A stretch of DNA of 64,000 nucleotides, taken from positions 32,001 to 96,000 of the IMG/VR virus record IMGVR_UViG_2928716645_000002, one strand, 5' to 3'. Shown here in pieces: positions 18,268-27,749 of this stretch (positions are counted from its first letter, which is position 1; each line of letters starts with the position of its first letter). A program made the position numbers and the translations under genes. Below the pieces are notes generated by a model. The model worked only from the letters and a program-made list of their open reading frames with translations. It had not been told where the DNA came from and searched no databases. Source of the DNA: a virus (Duplodnaviria; Caudoviricetes).

Positions 18268-18368
18268 GTGCGTTTCCTTTCGGAATATGGGTGAAAATGC
18301 GGGGGAAGACTCTCGCGGCCCGCACCGAAGCGCGGACCGCCTGGCCCTTGGCGGACCGTCGGTCTCGG

Positions 18369-19787
18369 TTACGAGGCCGAGAACTTCAGAACCTTGATGG
18401 CCTCGAAGTTCTGGACGCCGCCGCCGACGCGCTTGGTCGTGTAGAAGAGGATGTACGGCTTGGCGGTGAACGGGTCGCGCAGAACGCGGATGCCGACGCG
18501 GTCGATGATCAGGTAACCGCGCTTGAAGTCACCGATCGCGATCGACGTGCTGTTCGCGCCGATGTCCGGCATGTCCGGCATCTCGACCGCCATGCGGCCG
18601 ATGATCTCCTCGACGAAGCCCTCCGGACGGAGAACCATGTTGAGCAGATAGTTGCCCTGGCCGTCCTTCAGCTTCCGGACGGCGCCGAGCGTCTTGCGGT
18701 TCGCAACCCAGGTCGAGTTGTTGCGGTAGAGCGTCTTGAGCGAGTGATAGAGGTCGATCAAGCAGTCCGCGCCCTTCGGCGGGGTGTCGTCGGTCTTGAA
18801 CGCGCCCGCGGCACCGGTCGGGACGTACCCGATCTTGCCCCATGCGTACGCGGTGTCGGCGACGATCGGGTAGCCGCCGATGAAGCCGGCCGGCTTGAGG
18901 ACGCCGTCACCTGAGATGAAGGCAACACCCTCCTTCTGGGCGAACTCCAACTGGACTTCGCCGGCAAGCCAGGTGGCGATGTCCATGAAGGAGTCGTCGA
19001 GCAGGCTCTGCGAAGCCGCCGGCATGGCGTACATTTCCATGATCGGGAACTTCAGCTCGGCGAGATTCGCGCCCGCGGTCTGCGAGCGGGAATCCGTCTC
19101 GCCGACCCAGCCCGACGCGGTGCCGTGCTGGTTGACCAGCTTCTTGTACTCGGCGGTGCCGATCTGGCGGACCGTCGCCAGGTCGCGCATCGGCGAGATC
19201 TCCTTCACGACCTCGTTGATCGTCTGCTCGATCTCCGGCAGGACGGTGTAGCCGCCGTCGGGATCGGAGCCGACGGTCATCGCCGCCTTGACCTCCAACT
19301 GGCGGAAGGCATGCTCGCCGCCGACGGCACCCTCACCGCGGCGGAAGTAGGTGTTGAACGCCTTGGCATACGCCGCGTAGCCCTCGTTCTGAGTCCGCGG
19401 GTCGACCTTGGCGCCGCCCTGGCCGCCGCTGACCGTGAGCGCGGCCTGCTTCTCGTTCAGCTTGTCGATCTCGGCGGCGATCTTGTCGACCTTGGCGCCG
19501 ATCTCCTTCTGGGTCTTGACCGCTTCGTCGACAGCAGCGTTGACCTTGTCGACCTTCTCGGCGGTGACGGCGTCCGCCTTACCCTTCAGGGCCTCATCGT
19601 TCGAGGCCTTGAAGTCGGCGAAGATCTTCTCGAGCCCCGCGAATGCCTTGGCCTGGTCGGTCTTGAAGTTGCCGAGGTCGGTGGTGAGCTGCTGCAGCAC
19701 CTCCGCCGGACTCGCATCAGCGCGCACGCGGCCGGCGAGGATCGCTCGCGGCATAGCGGTGCCGCTCAGCATGACGCTCTTGGTCAT
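18369..19787 (-). CDS. Major capsid protein, HK97 fold with delta (scaffold) domain
   Basis: Coiled-coil N-terminus; GSDPDGGYTV, SQSLLDDS, F.SGDG..KP.G, IAIGDF, FYTTKRVGGGV.NFEAIK. Confidence 0.97.
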   Translation of the reverse strand: MTKSVMLSGTAMPRAILAGRVRADASPAEVLQQLTTDLGNFKTDQAKAFAGLEKIFADFKASNDEALKGKADAVTAEKVDKVNAAVDEAVKTQKEIGAKVDKIAAEIDKLNEKQAALTVSGGQGGAKVDPRTQNEGYAAYAKAFNTYFRRGEGAVGGEHAFRQLEVKAAMTVGSDPDGGYTVLPEIEQTINEVVKEISPMRDLATVRQIGTAEYKKLVNQHGTASGWVGETDSRSQTAGANLAELKFPIMEMYAMPAASQSLLDDSFMDIATWLAGEVQLEFAQKEGVAFISGDGVLKPAGFIGGYPIVADTAYAWGKIGYVPTGAAGAFKTDDTPPKGADCLIDLYHSLKTLYRNNSTWVANRKTLGAVRKLKDGQGNYLLNMVLRPEGFVEEIIGRMAVEMPDMPDIGANSTSIAIGDFKRGYLIIDRVGIRVLRDPFTAKPYILFYTTKRVGGGVQNFEAIKVLKFSAS

Positions 19788-19827
19788 GACGTTCTCCTGA
19801 TCTGTGATGTGGTGGTGATGGGTGTCG

Positions 19828-20826
19828 TTAAGCCTTCAGCGACTGGCTGAGCGCGAGCGCGCCCTTGATCCAATCGTTGTTGCCAGCGTCATGCGTGGCA
19901 GCAGCGGCAGCGTCTTGCGTACCGCTATTCTCTCGGGCAGCAGCGTCTGGCTTGCCGCCTTTGATCTCCTGCAGAAGGGCGCGCGCCTGGCTGCGCGACA
20001 TGCCGCCTTCCTTGGTCAGCAAGGACTCGACTTTGCGGACCGAATTGAACTGCGCGGCCGCTTTCGTGGCCGCCGGATCCTCGGTGAGGGAGTCCTTCGA
20101 CATCAACGCAGTGGCAAATCCGAGCTTGATCGCCTGCTCCGCCGAGAAGAAGGTCTCCTCGTCCATCCAATTTTCGATCTTCGACGCCTTCTCTCCGGTG
20201 CGGCGCGCGTAGATGTCGCGCAGCGCGTAATCGAACGGCTCGAGGTAGTCGGCGCACTCCTGCATGTCGTGGCGATTGCCGATCGCGATGACCCATGCGT
20301 TGTGGATCATGATGAAGGCGCCCTCGCCCATCAGACGCTCGTCACCGGCCATCGCGATGATGCTCGCGGCCGATGCGGCCAGGGCGAGCACCTTCACCGT
20401 GATCTTGCCCTTGTATTGCCGGAGCGTGTTGTAGATCGCGATGCCCTCGAACATATCGCCGCCAGGGCTGTTGATCTGGACTTCGCAGGGCTCGTCGTTG
20501 AACTTCGCGAGCTCGGTGGACACGGACTTCTCGGTGATGCCGCCACCCGTCCACCAGTCGTAGCCAATGACGTCATCGATCTTGATGATGTTCTTGGTGT
20601 CCTGGTTGACCGGGCGGATTCCGGCCTTCCACTTCGTGAGAATGTCCTCACTGGGCGGAGCCGACGCGATATCGGTGCGCGGCTTGATGTCGATCCGCGG
20701 GGGCCGCGCGTTGATGGTGATCACGTCAGCTCCGCCCTCGGCGCCGGCCGCACCATCGTCTGTCGCCAGAATCGCGGCAGCATCGAGTACCGCGCGCGCA
20801 TGCGCCCGTTGGTTCTTGTCAGCCAT
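19828..20826 (-). CDS. ClpP-type prohead protease
   Basis: INSPGGDMFEGIAIYN, LAASAASIIAMAGD, MIHNAW, WMDEET..SAEQA. Confidence 0.95.
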   Translation of the reverse strand: MADKNQRAHARAVLDAAAILATDDGAAGAEGGADVITINARPPRIDIKPRTDIASAPPSEDILTKWKAGIRPVNQDTKNIIKIDDVIGYDWWTGGGITEKSVSTELAKFNDEPCEVQINSPGGDMFEGIAIYNTLRQYKGKITVKVLALAASAASIIAMAGDERLMGEGAFIMIHNAWVIAIGNRHDMQECADYLEPFDYALRDIYARRTGEKASKIENWMDEETFFSAEQAIKLGFATALMSKDSLTEDPAATKAAAQFNSVRKVESLLTKEGGMSRSQARALLQEIKGGKPDAAARENSGTQDAAAAATHDAGNNDWIKGALALSQSLKA

Positions 20827-20841
20827 GGGGGATCCAGTTCG

Positions 20842-22152
20842 TTACGGTTTGGTGGGGTCTTCGGACGGGTCATCCAGCGGCGGGCCGCCGTTGTGTCCCA
20901 GCATCGCGGCCATCGCCGCTGCGGCGTCTGAGCCGGCGGGCACCATGTTCGTTGGCTGGAGATAGATGTCTCCGCCTTCGACCGGGTCCATGTCTTCCTT
21001 TTCGCGGATATCGTTGACCGACAGCCATCCCCACTGGCGTCCGACGGCATAGGCCGCGTAGCGGGTCTTGATGTCGCCCCGGATCAGGCCGGCCGGATTG
21101 AACCGGACGTAGACCGTCGGATCGGCGTCACCGAGCAGATCGCGACGGATCGATTCCGCCCACATCGTTAGGTAGTCCTGCAGCGTGTAGGCGACGAACG
21201 CGGAGCCGATCTGCTCGATGCCGCTGCCCCAGGATGTCGTCTTCGACGTCAGACCGATCAGGTGCGGCGGGACGCCGAACCGCATCGCGATGTCGTACTG
21301 CGTCAACTCCATGATCTGGAGCAGTTGCGCGTCGACCGACGTCATGGCGATGCGCGCGTATTCGAGGCCGTCCTCGAGCAGCAGCAGCTTTTGCGCGTTG
21401 TCGGCGCCGCGGAATTCCTCGAGGCTCGCCTTCAATCGAGCAACTTCGGGGTCCGTCAGCGACTTCGGATGCTTCAGAACGCCGCCGGGGACAGCTCCGT
21501 TCTTAAATATCTTCGCCGCATACTTCTGCGCCTGGATCGAAAGACCGATCTCCTCCGCGGCGTAGCCAATGACGGAGAGGCCCCGGACACCGTCGATCGA
21601 CATGCCGCGCAGGTGGAAGATGTCGTCCTGCGTCAGATCGACTGTGCCGCCCGCCTTTGACGTGTAGACGTACTTCAGCGACAGATCGGCATTCTGCGAG
21701 ACCTGAACGCTGCCCGGCATCAGCGGAATCAGCGACTTGATCTTGCCGAGGGACCGAACCTTCAGCGCGTAGCCGTTGCCGCGGAGCAGGACGCTGAGCT
21801 GCATCATGCTCTTGAACTCGCTGGGGGTCTGCCACGAGTTCGGCTTGACCTGCAACACGTTCCAGAGCGGATGATCGTCGGCATCGATCCGCTTTTTGGG
21901 GTCGACCCGGCGCTTGAAATCGAGCGGCATCGATTTGACGGCGCTCGCGAGAATGTTGGCGCAGCGATACGCCGTCGTGACGCGCATCGCGCCTTCCGGC
22001 GTGAACATCGCGCCGGACTCGCTCGTCAACCCGCCGCGAAGGAATTCGACCAGGCGCGGATCGGTGAGATCGATCGACTCGCCAACGTCTCCGGCCGCTC
22101 GAGGCGCCGCCGGCGCGACACCGCGAGGTGAAAGCGACTTAAGCAGCCCCAT
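20842..22152 (-). CDS. Portal protein, HK97 family
   Basis: PN.WQT..EF, LLRGNGY, IFHLR, G.SVI, F.NGA.PGG, IA..FGVPPHLIG, S.NDIRE.EDM.P..GGD. Confidence 0.97.
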   Translation of the reverse strand: MGLLKSLSPRGVAPAAPRAAGDVGESIDLTDPRLVEFLRGGLTSESGAMFTPEGAMRVTTAYRCANILASAVKSMPLDFKRRVDPKKRIDADDHPLWNVLQVKPNSWQTPSEFKSMMQLSVLLRGNGYALKVRSLGKIKSLIPLMPGSVQVSQNADLSLKYVYTSKAGGTVDLTQDDIFHLRGMSIDGVRGLSVIGYAAEEIGLSIQAQKYAAKIFKNGAVPGGVLKHPKSLTDPEVARLKASLEEFRGADNAQKLLLLEDGLEYARIAMTSVDAQLLQIMELTQYDIAMRFGVPPHLIGLTSKTTSWGSGIEQIGSAFVAYTLQDYLTMWAESIRRDLLGDADPTVYVRFNPAGLIRGDIKTRYAAYAVGRQWGWLSVNDIREKEDMDPVEGGDIYLQPTNMVPAGSDAAAAMAAMLGHNGGPPLDDPSEDPTKP

Positions 22153-22382
22153 TAGCGAGCACCAAACGTTGCGACCGCAACGAAGATCGCGCCAGGTACG
22201 GTATAGGCGAGCGGCGGGTAGACCTGATACAGGCCGTATCCGAGCAACGCGGTTCCGCCGAACAACATGGCGTCGCGCAGATCGAACGGCGCGACGATCG
22301 CGGCGCCTGCAGCGAGCAGACCGCGTCCAACGGCTCGAGCGGCCCTCGCCGGCGCCGTAACTATTCGCTGCCAGCGTGACAT
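22152..22382 (-). CDS. Small membrane protein between terL and portal
   Basis: Two hydrophobic segments; TAATG-coupled to the portal gene. Confidence 0.6.
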   Translation of the reverse strand: MSRWQRIVTAPARAARAVGRGLLAAGAAIVAPFDLRDAMLFGGTALLGYGLYQVYPPLAYTVPGAIFVAVATFGAR

Positions 22383-22400
22383 TCGGCCCTGCCTGTATGC

Positions 22401-24086
22401 TTAGAGCACCAGGAGACCGCGGCGCTTGAGCACCGATGCGCCTGTTGCTTCAGGGTTGGTTGCCATGAACCAAGCAGAATCGAACATCGCCATGACCGGA
22501 TCGATCTTGGCGTCGCCGGCGGTCTGCTTCGTGGCGCGGATCGCGGTCGCGGTCGGCTCAATCTTCAGATTGGCGACGCACCAGTCCATCATTGCGCTCG
22601 GCGCGTGGCGGAGCGTTCCGCTCGCCAGCTTCCGCTCGCAGGTTTTGATGGCATTCATCATGCCGAAGCCCTGCGGCGCTCCGAAGAGAAGCTTGGCGTC
22701 GACCGTGACGCCGATCTCGTCGAGGGCGTCGGTGAACTCGCCGAGCCCCGCGGGGTCGACGGCAACGCCGCCGAGCAGTCCGCGATCCTTCACCAGCTTG
22801 ATGATGCGGACAATCCTCGACACGTCGTCGAGCTCGTCGTCGACGATCGTCAGATCTCCGGCATTCTCGAAGTCAGTGAGCCGCGGAGCGATTGCCGGCC
22901 TGCGATCGAGGACACCTCGGTGGCACCAAGCGTGAGACCAAAGCAGCCAATGTCGCGTAACCGCGTGCCTGCCCAGCAAACTCAGGCCGAAGAGGTCGTC
23001 GAGACCGCCGCCGTCCACGCCTGGCACGATCACGTCACAGACGCGAAACAGCGAGCGGAACGTGATCGCTTTGTCAGATCGGCGGGTCCAATATTCCGCC
23101 CCCGGCCAGCGATTGGCCCGGAGGTTCATTCCGATCTCGATGTTGAGATGCTTGGCGAGGAAGGTTCGAAGCGCGTCCTCGTTGCCGCGCTGGGCTTTGG
23201 TCAGTTCGCTCAGCAGCCATTCGGTGCTGACGGACAGTTCGAGGTTCGGGTTTGTGATCCGCCAGTTCGCTGGATCGAGGTAGGACTTGGCCTTGATCAT
23301 GAACTCCGGGAATTCGTAGAGCATCCCGAAGCTGGTCGGATCCACGATTTTGCCGTCGCGCACGTCGCGGAAGTAGTCGAGCTTCTCCTTGAACACGCCG
23401 GCCGGCGGCGCGTCAGACTGCGTCGAGAGATAAACGACGAAGCCTTCTTTCCTCGAGACCAGACCACCGGTCGCCTCCTGGAACATCGCCGCGGCGTTGG
23501 CGCGCTTGCCGAAGATCCAGAGCTCGTCGACGAGGACGAAGGCGGCCTTCTTGCCGCCGACGACGTCGGTATCGGCGGCGACAACCTTCAGGACCGCGTC
23601 CGTCGTCAGGTGTGTGATCTGACGGTAGTTGTCCTGGACGTGCAGCAGATCCCGCAGTTTCGGATGCAGCCTGACCATGGCTGCCGCCGGCGTGAACGAG
23701 TTGTTGGCGATCTCGATCGTCGGCGCCAGGATCAGCAGTTCCGCGCCGTGACGCCAGTTCCTGACCAAGGCCGTGACCATGATGCCGGCGGCGATCGTCG
23801 ACTTGGTGTTCTTCTTGCTGATCAGCAGGAAGAACTCACGGATGAGCCGTTTGGCCTGCTCGTGGTCGTAGGCGCCAAAGATCGTCCGGACGAAGTCAAA
23901 GACCCAGGGCTCGCAGACCTCGCCGAACGTTGGTTGCCGCGGCAGGTCGTAGATCTGCAGCGACTTGAACACCTCGAGCGCGGCATCCGCCTCGCTCGGG
24001 AAGAGCGGGTCGAAGGGGACGAGCGTGTCTCCCGCCACGACGCGCCTTTCCCAGTCGGGACAGGCGGTGGACCAGACCGGCGTCAT
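22401..24086 (-). CDS. terL: Terminase large subunit
   Basis: Start MTPVWSTACPDW; Walker A ISKKNTKST, Walker B VLVDELW, nuclease GVDGGGLDDL, KIDP.MA. Confidence 0.97.
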   Translation of the reverse strand: MTPVWSTACPDWERRVVAGDTLVPFDPLFPSEADAALEVFKSLQIYDLPRQPTFGEVCEPWVFDFVRTIFGAYDHEQAKRLIREFFLLISKKNTKSTIAAGIMVTALVRNWRHGAELLILAPTIEIANNSFTPAAAMVRLHPKLRDLLHVQDNYRQITHLTTDAVLKVVAADTDVVGGKKAAFVLVDELWIFGKRANAAAMFQEATGGLVSRKEGFVVYLSTQSDAPPAGVFKEKLDYFRDVRDGKIVDPTSFGMLYEFPEFMIKAKSYLDPANWRITNPNLELSVSTEWLLSELTKAQRGNEDALRTFLAKHLNIEIGMNLRANRWPGAEYWTRRSDKAITFRSLFRVCDVIVPGVDGGGLDDLFGLSLLGRHAVTRHWLLWSHAWCHRGVLDRRPAIAPRLTDFENAGDLTIVDDELDDVSRIVRIIKLVKDRGLLGGVAVDPAGLGEFTDALDEIGVTVDAKLLFGAPQGFGMMNAIKTCERKLASGTLRHAPSAMMDWCVANLKIEPTATAIRATKQTAGDAKIDPVMAMFDSAWFMATNPEATGASVLKRRGLLVL

Positions 24087-24283
24087 TGCGATCGCGACGA
24101 CCGGTGCCGCCGGCGAAACTCTTTGTACCGGCCAGTTACGAGGGGCTCGGCGCGCCGCTTGCCACACCTGCTGGCGATGCCGACGGCCCGGTCAAGACGG
24201 CAATGTGGTAGGCGCCGCATGATCGCCATCGTGACGATGCGCGTCCCCGGGCGCTCGTGGTACGATCCCCGCCCGAGCGGCAT
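24083..24283 (-). CDS. Small very basic protein between terS and terL
   Basis: 66 aa; fills the terS-terL gap; its TGA overlaps the terL ATG (ATGA). Confidence 0.4.
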   Translation of the reverse strand: MPLGRGSYHERPGTRIVTMAIMRRLPHCRLDRAVGIASRCGKRRAEPLVTGRYKEFRRRHRSSRSQ

Positions 24284-24288
24284 GGCGA

Positions 24289-24750
24289 TTACTCGTTGAC
24301 CGCAGTGTTGTCGACGACCAGGCCAATCTTCGGCGGCTCCGGCGGCTGGAAGGCGCCTGACGCCGCGACGAGCTCAGCGGCCGCCTTGCGCTCGGCCTTT
24401 TTCCCAACCTTCTCGGGCTTCGGCGGCTGCAGCGGCGCCGGCGCCTGGCTGCCGGCACGCGCGAGATCGGACATCGCCTGCGCGGCCGCGGCCACGCGCG
24501 TCATCTCCTCAAGCTTTTTGATGCAGGTCGCGTTGCCTTTCTTGGCCTGCGTGTAGAGCATACCGACGACCTCGGCCCGCTTCTTGGCGACACCGGTCGC
24601 GATCTCCTCCCGGAACGACTTCACCAGCGTCGGGGTCGATATCCCGAGCGCTCGAGCGCAGTCGTCCTGGGACATCCCGCACGAGATCCACTGCTCAACC
24701 TTCGTGCGCTGCGTTTTTGTCGGCTTGAACGCCGGCCGCCCTCGGCCCAT
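24289..24750 (-). CDS. terS: Terminase small subunit
   Basis: Start MGRGRPAFKPT; HTH GMSQDDCARALGISTPTLVKSF.EE; GKKAE...AA; upstream of terL. Confidence 0.85.
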   Translation of the reverse strand: MGRGRPAFKPTKTQRTKVEQWISCGMSQDDCARALGISTPTLVKSFREEIATGVAKKRAEVVGMLYTQAKKGNATCIKKLEEMTRVAAAAQAMSDLARAGSQAPAPLQPPKPEKVGKKAERKAAAELVAASGAFQPPEPPKIGLVVDNTAVNE

Positions 24751-24807
24751 GCCGAAACTCCAATTTCTTTGCCAGTTTTGGCGTTCCGGCCGAATTTTCT
24801 GGCTGGC

Positions 24808-24886
24808 CAAAAAAAATTGCGGGAATGAGACCCCGTGCGGTAGGGGGTCCCGTCGGTTCCTAGACTTTCCGACCCCATACCCCCTT
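24808..24886 (-). other. Putative cos / packaging initiation region
   Basis: Minus strand GGGGGTATGGGGTCGGAAAGTCT...ACCGCACGGGGTCTCATTCCCGCAATTTTTTTT just upstream of terS. Resembles the G-run/T-run layout at cos ends of HK97-like HNH-terS phages. Exact nick not determined. Confidence 0.6.
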
Positions 24887-25102
24887 GGCCTCGAGCCGGT
24901 AGCGGCCATGGTGCATGCCGGCGCGTCGGTTGCGGGCTGGCGTCGGATTGGCTGGCGTTCAGCCTGGCCGAATAGTGTCAGCCCCTGCAGGCTATGTGCT
25001 GGCGCCGCGCCGCGCGCGGCAACCGCCCGCGCTCCAGTCTCGACTAGCTCGGTTGTGTGGTTGTGTCCTGTTGACGTGGCGGGCGCGCGCCGATCCGTCG
25101 GG

Positions 25103-25273
25103 CTATGCCGCACCGTGCGGCGCGCTGTCGCTTGGCAGTCCATCCCATGCGTCGGCGGCGCTGATGCAGCGCTCAACCCGGATGACCGGCAACACGATGA
25201 TGACTGCAGGTTGGCGCCGTTGTCGGCGGGCGCGGCGCGGTGCGGCGGGCTGTAGCTCGACTACCTCGCCCAT
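25103..25273 (-). CDS. Small hypothetical protein (56 aa)
   Basis: Hand translation MGEVVELQPAAPRRARRQRRQPAVIIVLPVIRVER...; same strand as the late operon. Confidence 0.4.
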   Translation of the reverse strand: MGEVVELQPAAPRRARRQRRQPAVIIVLPVIRVERCISAADAWDGLPSDSAPHGAA

Positions 25274-25290
25274 GCCGCGCCCCTGACATG

Positions 25291-25387
25291 CGAAACCCGC
25301 CGAGGCGGTGCGGCCTGGCGGGCTTTGGATTGCAGCGACAATGCGTCACCGTGCTTGCTCTGAATCGGAAATTGAGTCGGCTGTCAA
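25291..25387 (-). promoter_or_regulatory. Candidate late promoter with leader terminator (pR'/tR'-like)
   Basis: TTGACA (25387-25382, minus) followed about 55 nt later by hairpin AAAGCCCGCC...GGCGGGTTT (25326-25293). The -10 element is not clear. Confidence 0.4.
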
Positions 25388-25503
25388 ATCGCTGTTGCCC
25401 GGGTTGTCGGTGGATGATGGCGCCGACGGTGCGCCATGCCTCTCAATTCCGTGGTACTTGCCGGGCTAGATGACTGCGGCATAACTCAATCTTGAGGCGT
25501 CCA

Positions 25504-25815
25504 ATGATCGATACAAAGGCGAGTAAGGCAACAGCCAAGCGCAAGCCAGCGAGCCGGGCATTTGCATCCGCTGACACGTCACTGAGAATCAGCGCGGCCG
25601 AATTCCGGACCTGGCAGGAAGGCGCCGGGCTGTCGAATGCCGCAGCTGCCCGGCTGCTCTACGTGGCGGAAAACACGTTGGCACAATACCGCGCCAACGG
25701 CGCCGGTCCTGATATCGCCCGACAAATCTGGGCGATCATTGCAGGGATAAGGCCGGACACTGGGCGCCAACGCGCCGAGCTACTGGGCCGGATCAATGCG
25801 GCCCTAGACGGCTAA
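25504..25815 (+). CDS. XRE-like HTH protein, left end of the array
   Basis: ISAAEFRTWQEGAGLSNAAAARLLYVAENTLAQY helix-turn-helix. Confidence 0.7.
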   Translation: MIDTKASKATAKRKPASRAFASADTSLRISAAEFRTWQEGAGLSNAAAARLLYVAENTLAQYRANGAGPDIARQIWAIIAGIRPDTGRQRAELLGRINAALDG

Positions 25816-25854
25816 CGCCTCAATATTGCGATACCGACCCGGGCCAGCACAAAC

Positions 25855-25911
25855 TTTTTTCGCAATTTTGCGTTTTGCCAGTTGACGGCCGCGCGAATAT
25901 CTGCGCATGTG
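25855..25911 (+). promoter_or_regulatory. Candidate sigma70-type promoter for the array
   Basis: Phased T-tracts (UP-like), then TTGACG at 25882-25887; about 36 nt upstream of the first motif A hairpin. Confidence 0.45.
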
Positions 25912-25957
25912 CGCATCACCACGGCGCGATTGTGCGCAACTTCAAAGGCCCGGCGAA

Positions 25958-26122
25958 ATGATCCCCTTCATTTCCTTTTGCATCGCTAACCCGGCTTTCA
26001 CTCTGGCCATGCTCGCAGCGATCTATACCGCTTGCTGGGCCGCCCTTGCCCCCTTCCTTTACGCGCCCGCCAAGTCTCGGCGCCTTTCGATCCGGCGCCG
26101 TGCGCGCCGCGACCGCCGCTAG
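25958..26122 (+). CDS. Small membrane protein
   Basis: ATG after motif A/AAAGG; hydrophobic segment then Arg-rich tail. Confidence 0.55.
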   Translation: MIPFISFCIANPAFTLAMLAAIYTACWAALAPFLYAPAKSRRLSIRRRARRDRR

Positions 26123-26133
26123 GAGCTAGGCAC

Positions 26134-26352
26134 ATGCGAACGAAGCAAACATTGAAAACCGGAACGCGCATTGAATTGCATGGCACGCCAGCAATCGGCG
26201 CCTTTCCCGCGGTCGCTCCGGAGAGCGCGACAATCGCGCAATGGACTGCGGCAAGCGGTCCGCTCATGCCGGGTTGGCATATCGTCAAGTTTTCCGATGG
26301 CGGAAGGCTTTGCATCCACGAAAACCGATTCCGGGTTATCGACAACCGCTAA
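26134..26352 (+). CDS. Small SH3-like beta protein
   Basis: AGGAG SD; MRTKQTLKTGTRIEL...WHIVKFSDGGRLCIHENRFRVI. Confidence 0.65.
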   Translation: MRTKQTLKTGTRIELHGTPAIGAFPAVAPESATIAQWTAASGPLMPGWHIVKFSDGGRLCIHENRFRVIDNR

Positions 26353-26396
26353 CCCGTTCCACCGCGCAACTGTGCGCAACTGAAAAGGCCAAGCCC

Positions 26397-26477
26397 ATGG
26401 AAGATTTTCTAGACTTCACCCTGTTTTGCATCGCGGCGGTTGCCGGGACGTTCATCATCTTCGCTTGCTGTCTCTGA
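26397..26477 (+). CDS. 26 aa hydrophobic peptide
   Basis: Follows motif A + GAAAAGG; MEDFLDFTLFCIAAVAGTFIIFACCL. Confidence 0.45.
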   Translation: MEDFLDFTLFCIAAVAGTFIIFACCL

Positions 26478-26567
26478 CGATTTGCAGCCTATGCCGTGCG
26501 CGTCACGGCATAACCGGCAAACCGCCGACCCGCGCAATAGTGCGCAACTCAAAAGGAAGTAACTGAA

Positions 26568-27446
26568 ATGACTGTCTACACCGCAACCGCCCGTTTCGAT
26601 GGTACCGCCCGCGCGCTCACCGAGAACGAATTGCGCAAGTTGGCGCCGTCGGTCTTCGCGGTCGACGCGCACCATTCGCGTTCGGAGCGTTTCCAGCCTA
26701 TCCCGACTTTCGACGTGCTGCGCGCGCTGATGGCGGAGGGCTTCCAGCCCGTCGGCGCGAAACAGAGCGTTGCCCGGCTCGATGATCGCCGCGATTTCAC
26801 AAAGCATCTGATCCGGCTCCGCCGTCTCGACAACGCCACGGCGTACACCGTCGGTGATACCGTCTGCGAAATCCTCCTCAAGAATGCGAACGACGGAACG
26901 TCCGCCTATGACTTGATCGCAGGCCTTTTCCGTGTCCGTTGCCTCAATAGCCTTGTGGCACAGGTCGGCACGGTCGAGTCCGTCAAGGTCCGCCATACCG
27001 GCTCCGCGCAGGATGTTTCGCACAAGGTGATTGAAGGCACCTATCGCGTGCTGGGCGAGGCTCAGAAGGCGCTGGCGGCGCCGCAGGACTGGGCGCGCCT
27101 GGCCCTCAACACCGACGAAAAGCAGGTGCTGGCGGAAGCCGCGCACGTTCTGCGGTTCGGTGACGCGGAAGGCGAAACCAGCACGCCGATTCAGCCCGCG
27201 CAGTTGCTGCAGCCGCGTCGCCGCGACGACGTCGCCGCCGATCTGTGGACCACGTTCAATGTGGTTCAGGAAAACGTCATTCGTGGCGGGCTGACGGCGC
27301 GCGGCCGCGACGCCAATGGCCGGCGGCGCCGCGTCACCACCCGCGCCGTTAACGGGATCGATCAAGACGTGAAACTGAACCGCGCCCTGTTCACCCTCGC
27401 CGCCAAGATGGCGGAGCTCAAGGGCGCCGCCCCGCTCGCCGCCTAA
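26568..27446 (+). CDS. DUF932/DUF945 family protein (plasmid leading-region type)
   Basis: APSVFA..AH.SRSERF..IPT, FTKHLIRLR, EI.LKNANDGTSAY.L.AG.FR..CLN, DLWTTFNVVQEN.IRGG, GIDQDVKLNRAL. Confidence 0.9.
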   Translation: MTVYTATARFDGTARALTENELRKLAPSVFAVDAHHSRSERFQPIPTFDVLRALMAEGFQPVGAKQSVARLDDRRDFTKHLIRLRRLDNATAYTVGDTVCEILLKNANDGTSAYDLIAGLFRVRCLNSLVAQVGTVESVKVRHTGSAQDVSHKVIEGTYRVLGEAQKALAAPQDWARLALNTDEKQVLAEAAHVLRFGDAEGETSTPIQPAQLLQPRRRDDVAADLWTTFNVVQENVIRGGLTARGRDANGRRRRVTTRAVNGIDQDVKLNRALFTLAAKMAELKGAAPLAA

Positions 27447-27539
27447 GCGATTGCAGCCCATGCCCGGGCTTGTCCCGGGCATGATCGGCAACCGCCGGCA
27501 ACCGCGCAATTGTGCGCAACTCGAAAAGGGAAAACTGCC

Positions 27540-27644
27540 ATGAAGTATCGCCGCCACGAAACCGACCGCAAGCCCTGTGACAAGCGGACTCGCCGCGACG
27601 CGGTCCGCAACGGGAAGCGTGCTTACCTGAATTCCTGCCTGTGA
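27540..27644 (+). CDS. 34 aa Arg/Lys-rich peptide
   Basis: After motif A + GAAAAGGG; MKYRRHETDRKPCDKRTRRDAVRNGKRAYLNSCL. Confidence 0.5.
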   Translation: MKYRRHETDRKPCDKRTRRDAVRNGKRAYLNSCL

Positions 27645-27749
27645 GTACCGCTTCACTTTTGCGGCTTGTCCGCCTCTCATTCTTCGTCCGCGACGCTAGC
27701 GTGGTTATCAGCGTCGCAAGCATTCTCCTCATTCCCTAGGGAAACACCG

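Noticed and set aside
22605-24299. 564 aa plus-strand ORF
   Set aside because: Antisense to terL.
26409-27680. 423 aa minus-strand ORF
   Set aside because: Antisense shadow of the DUF932 gene, which has clear motifs and an SD.
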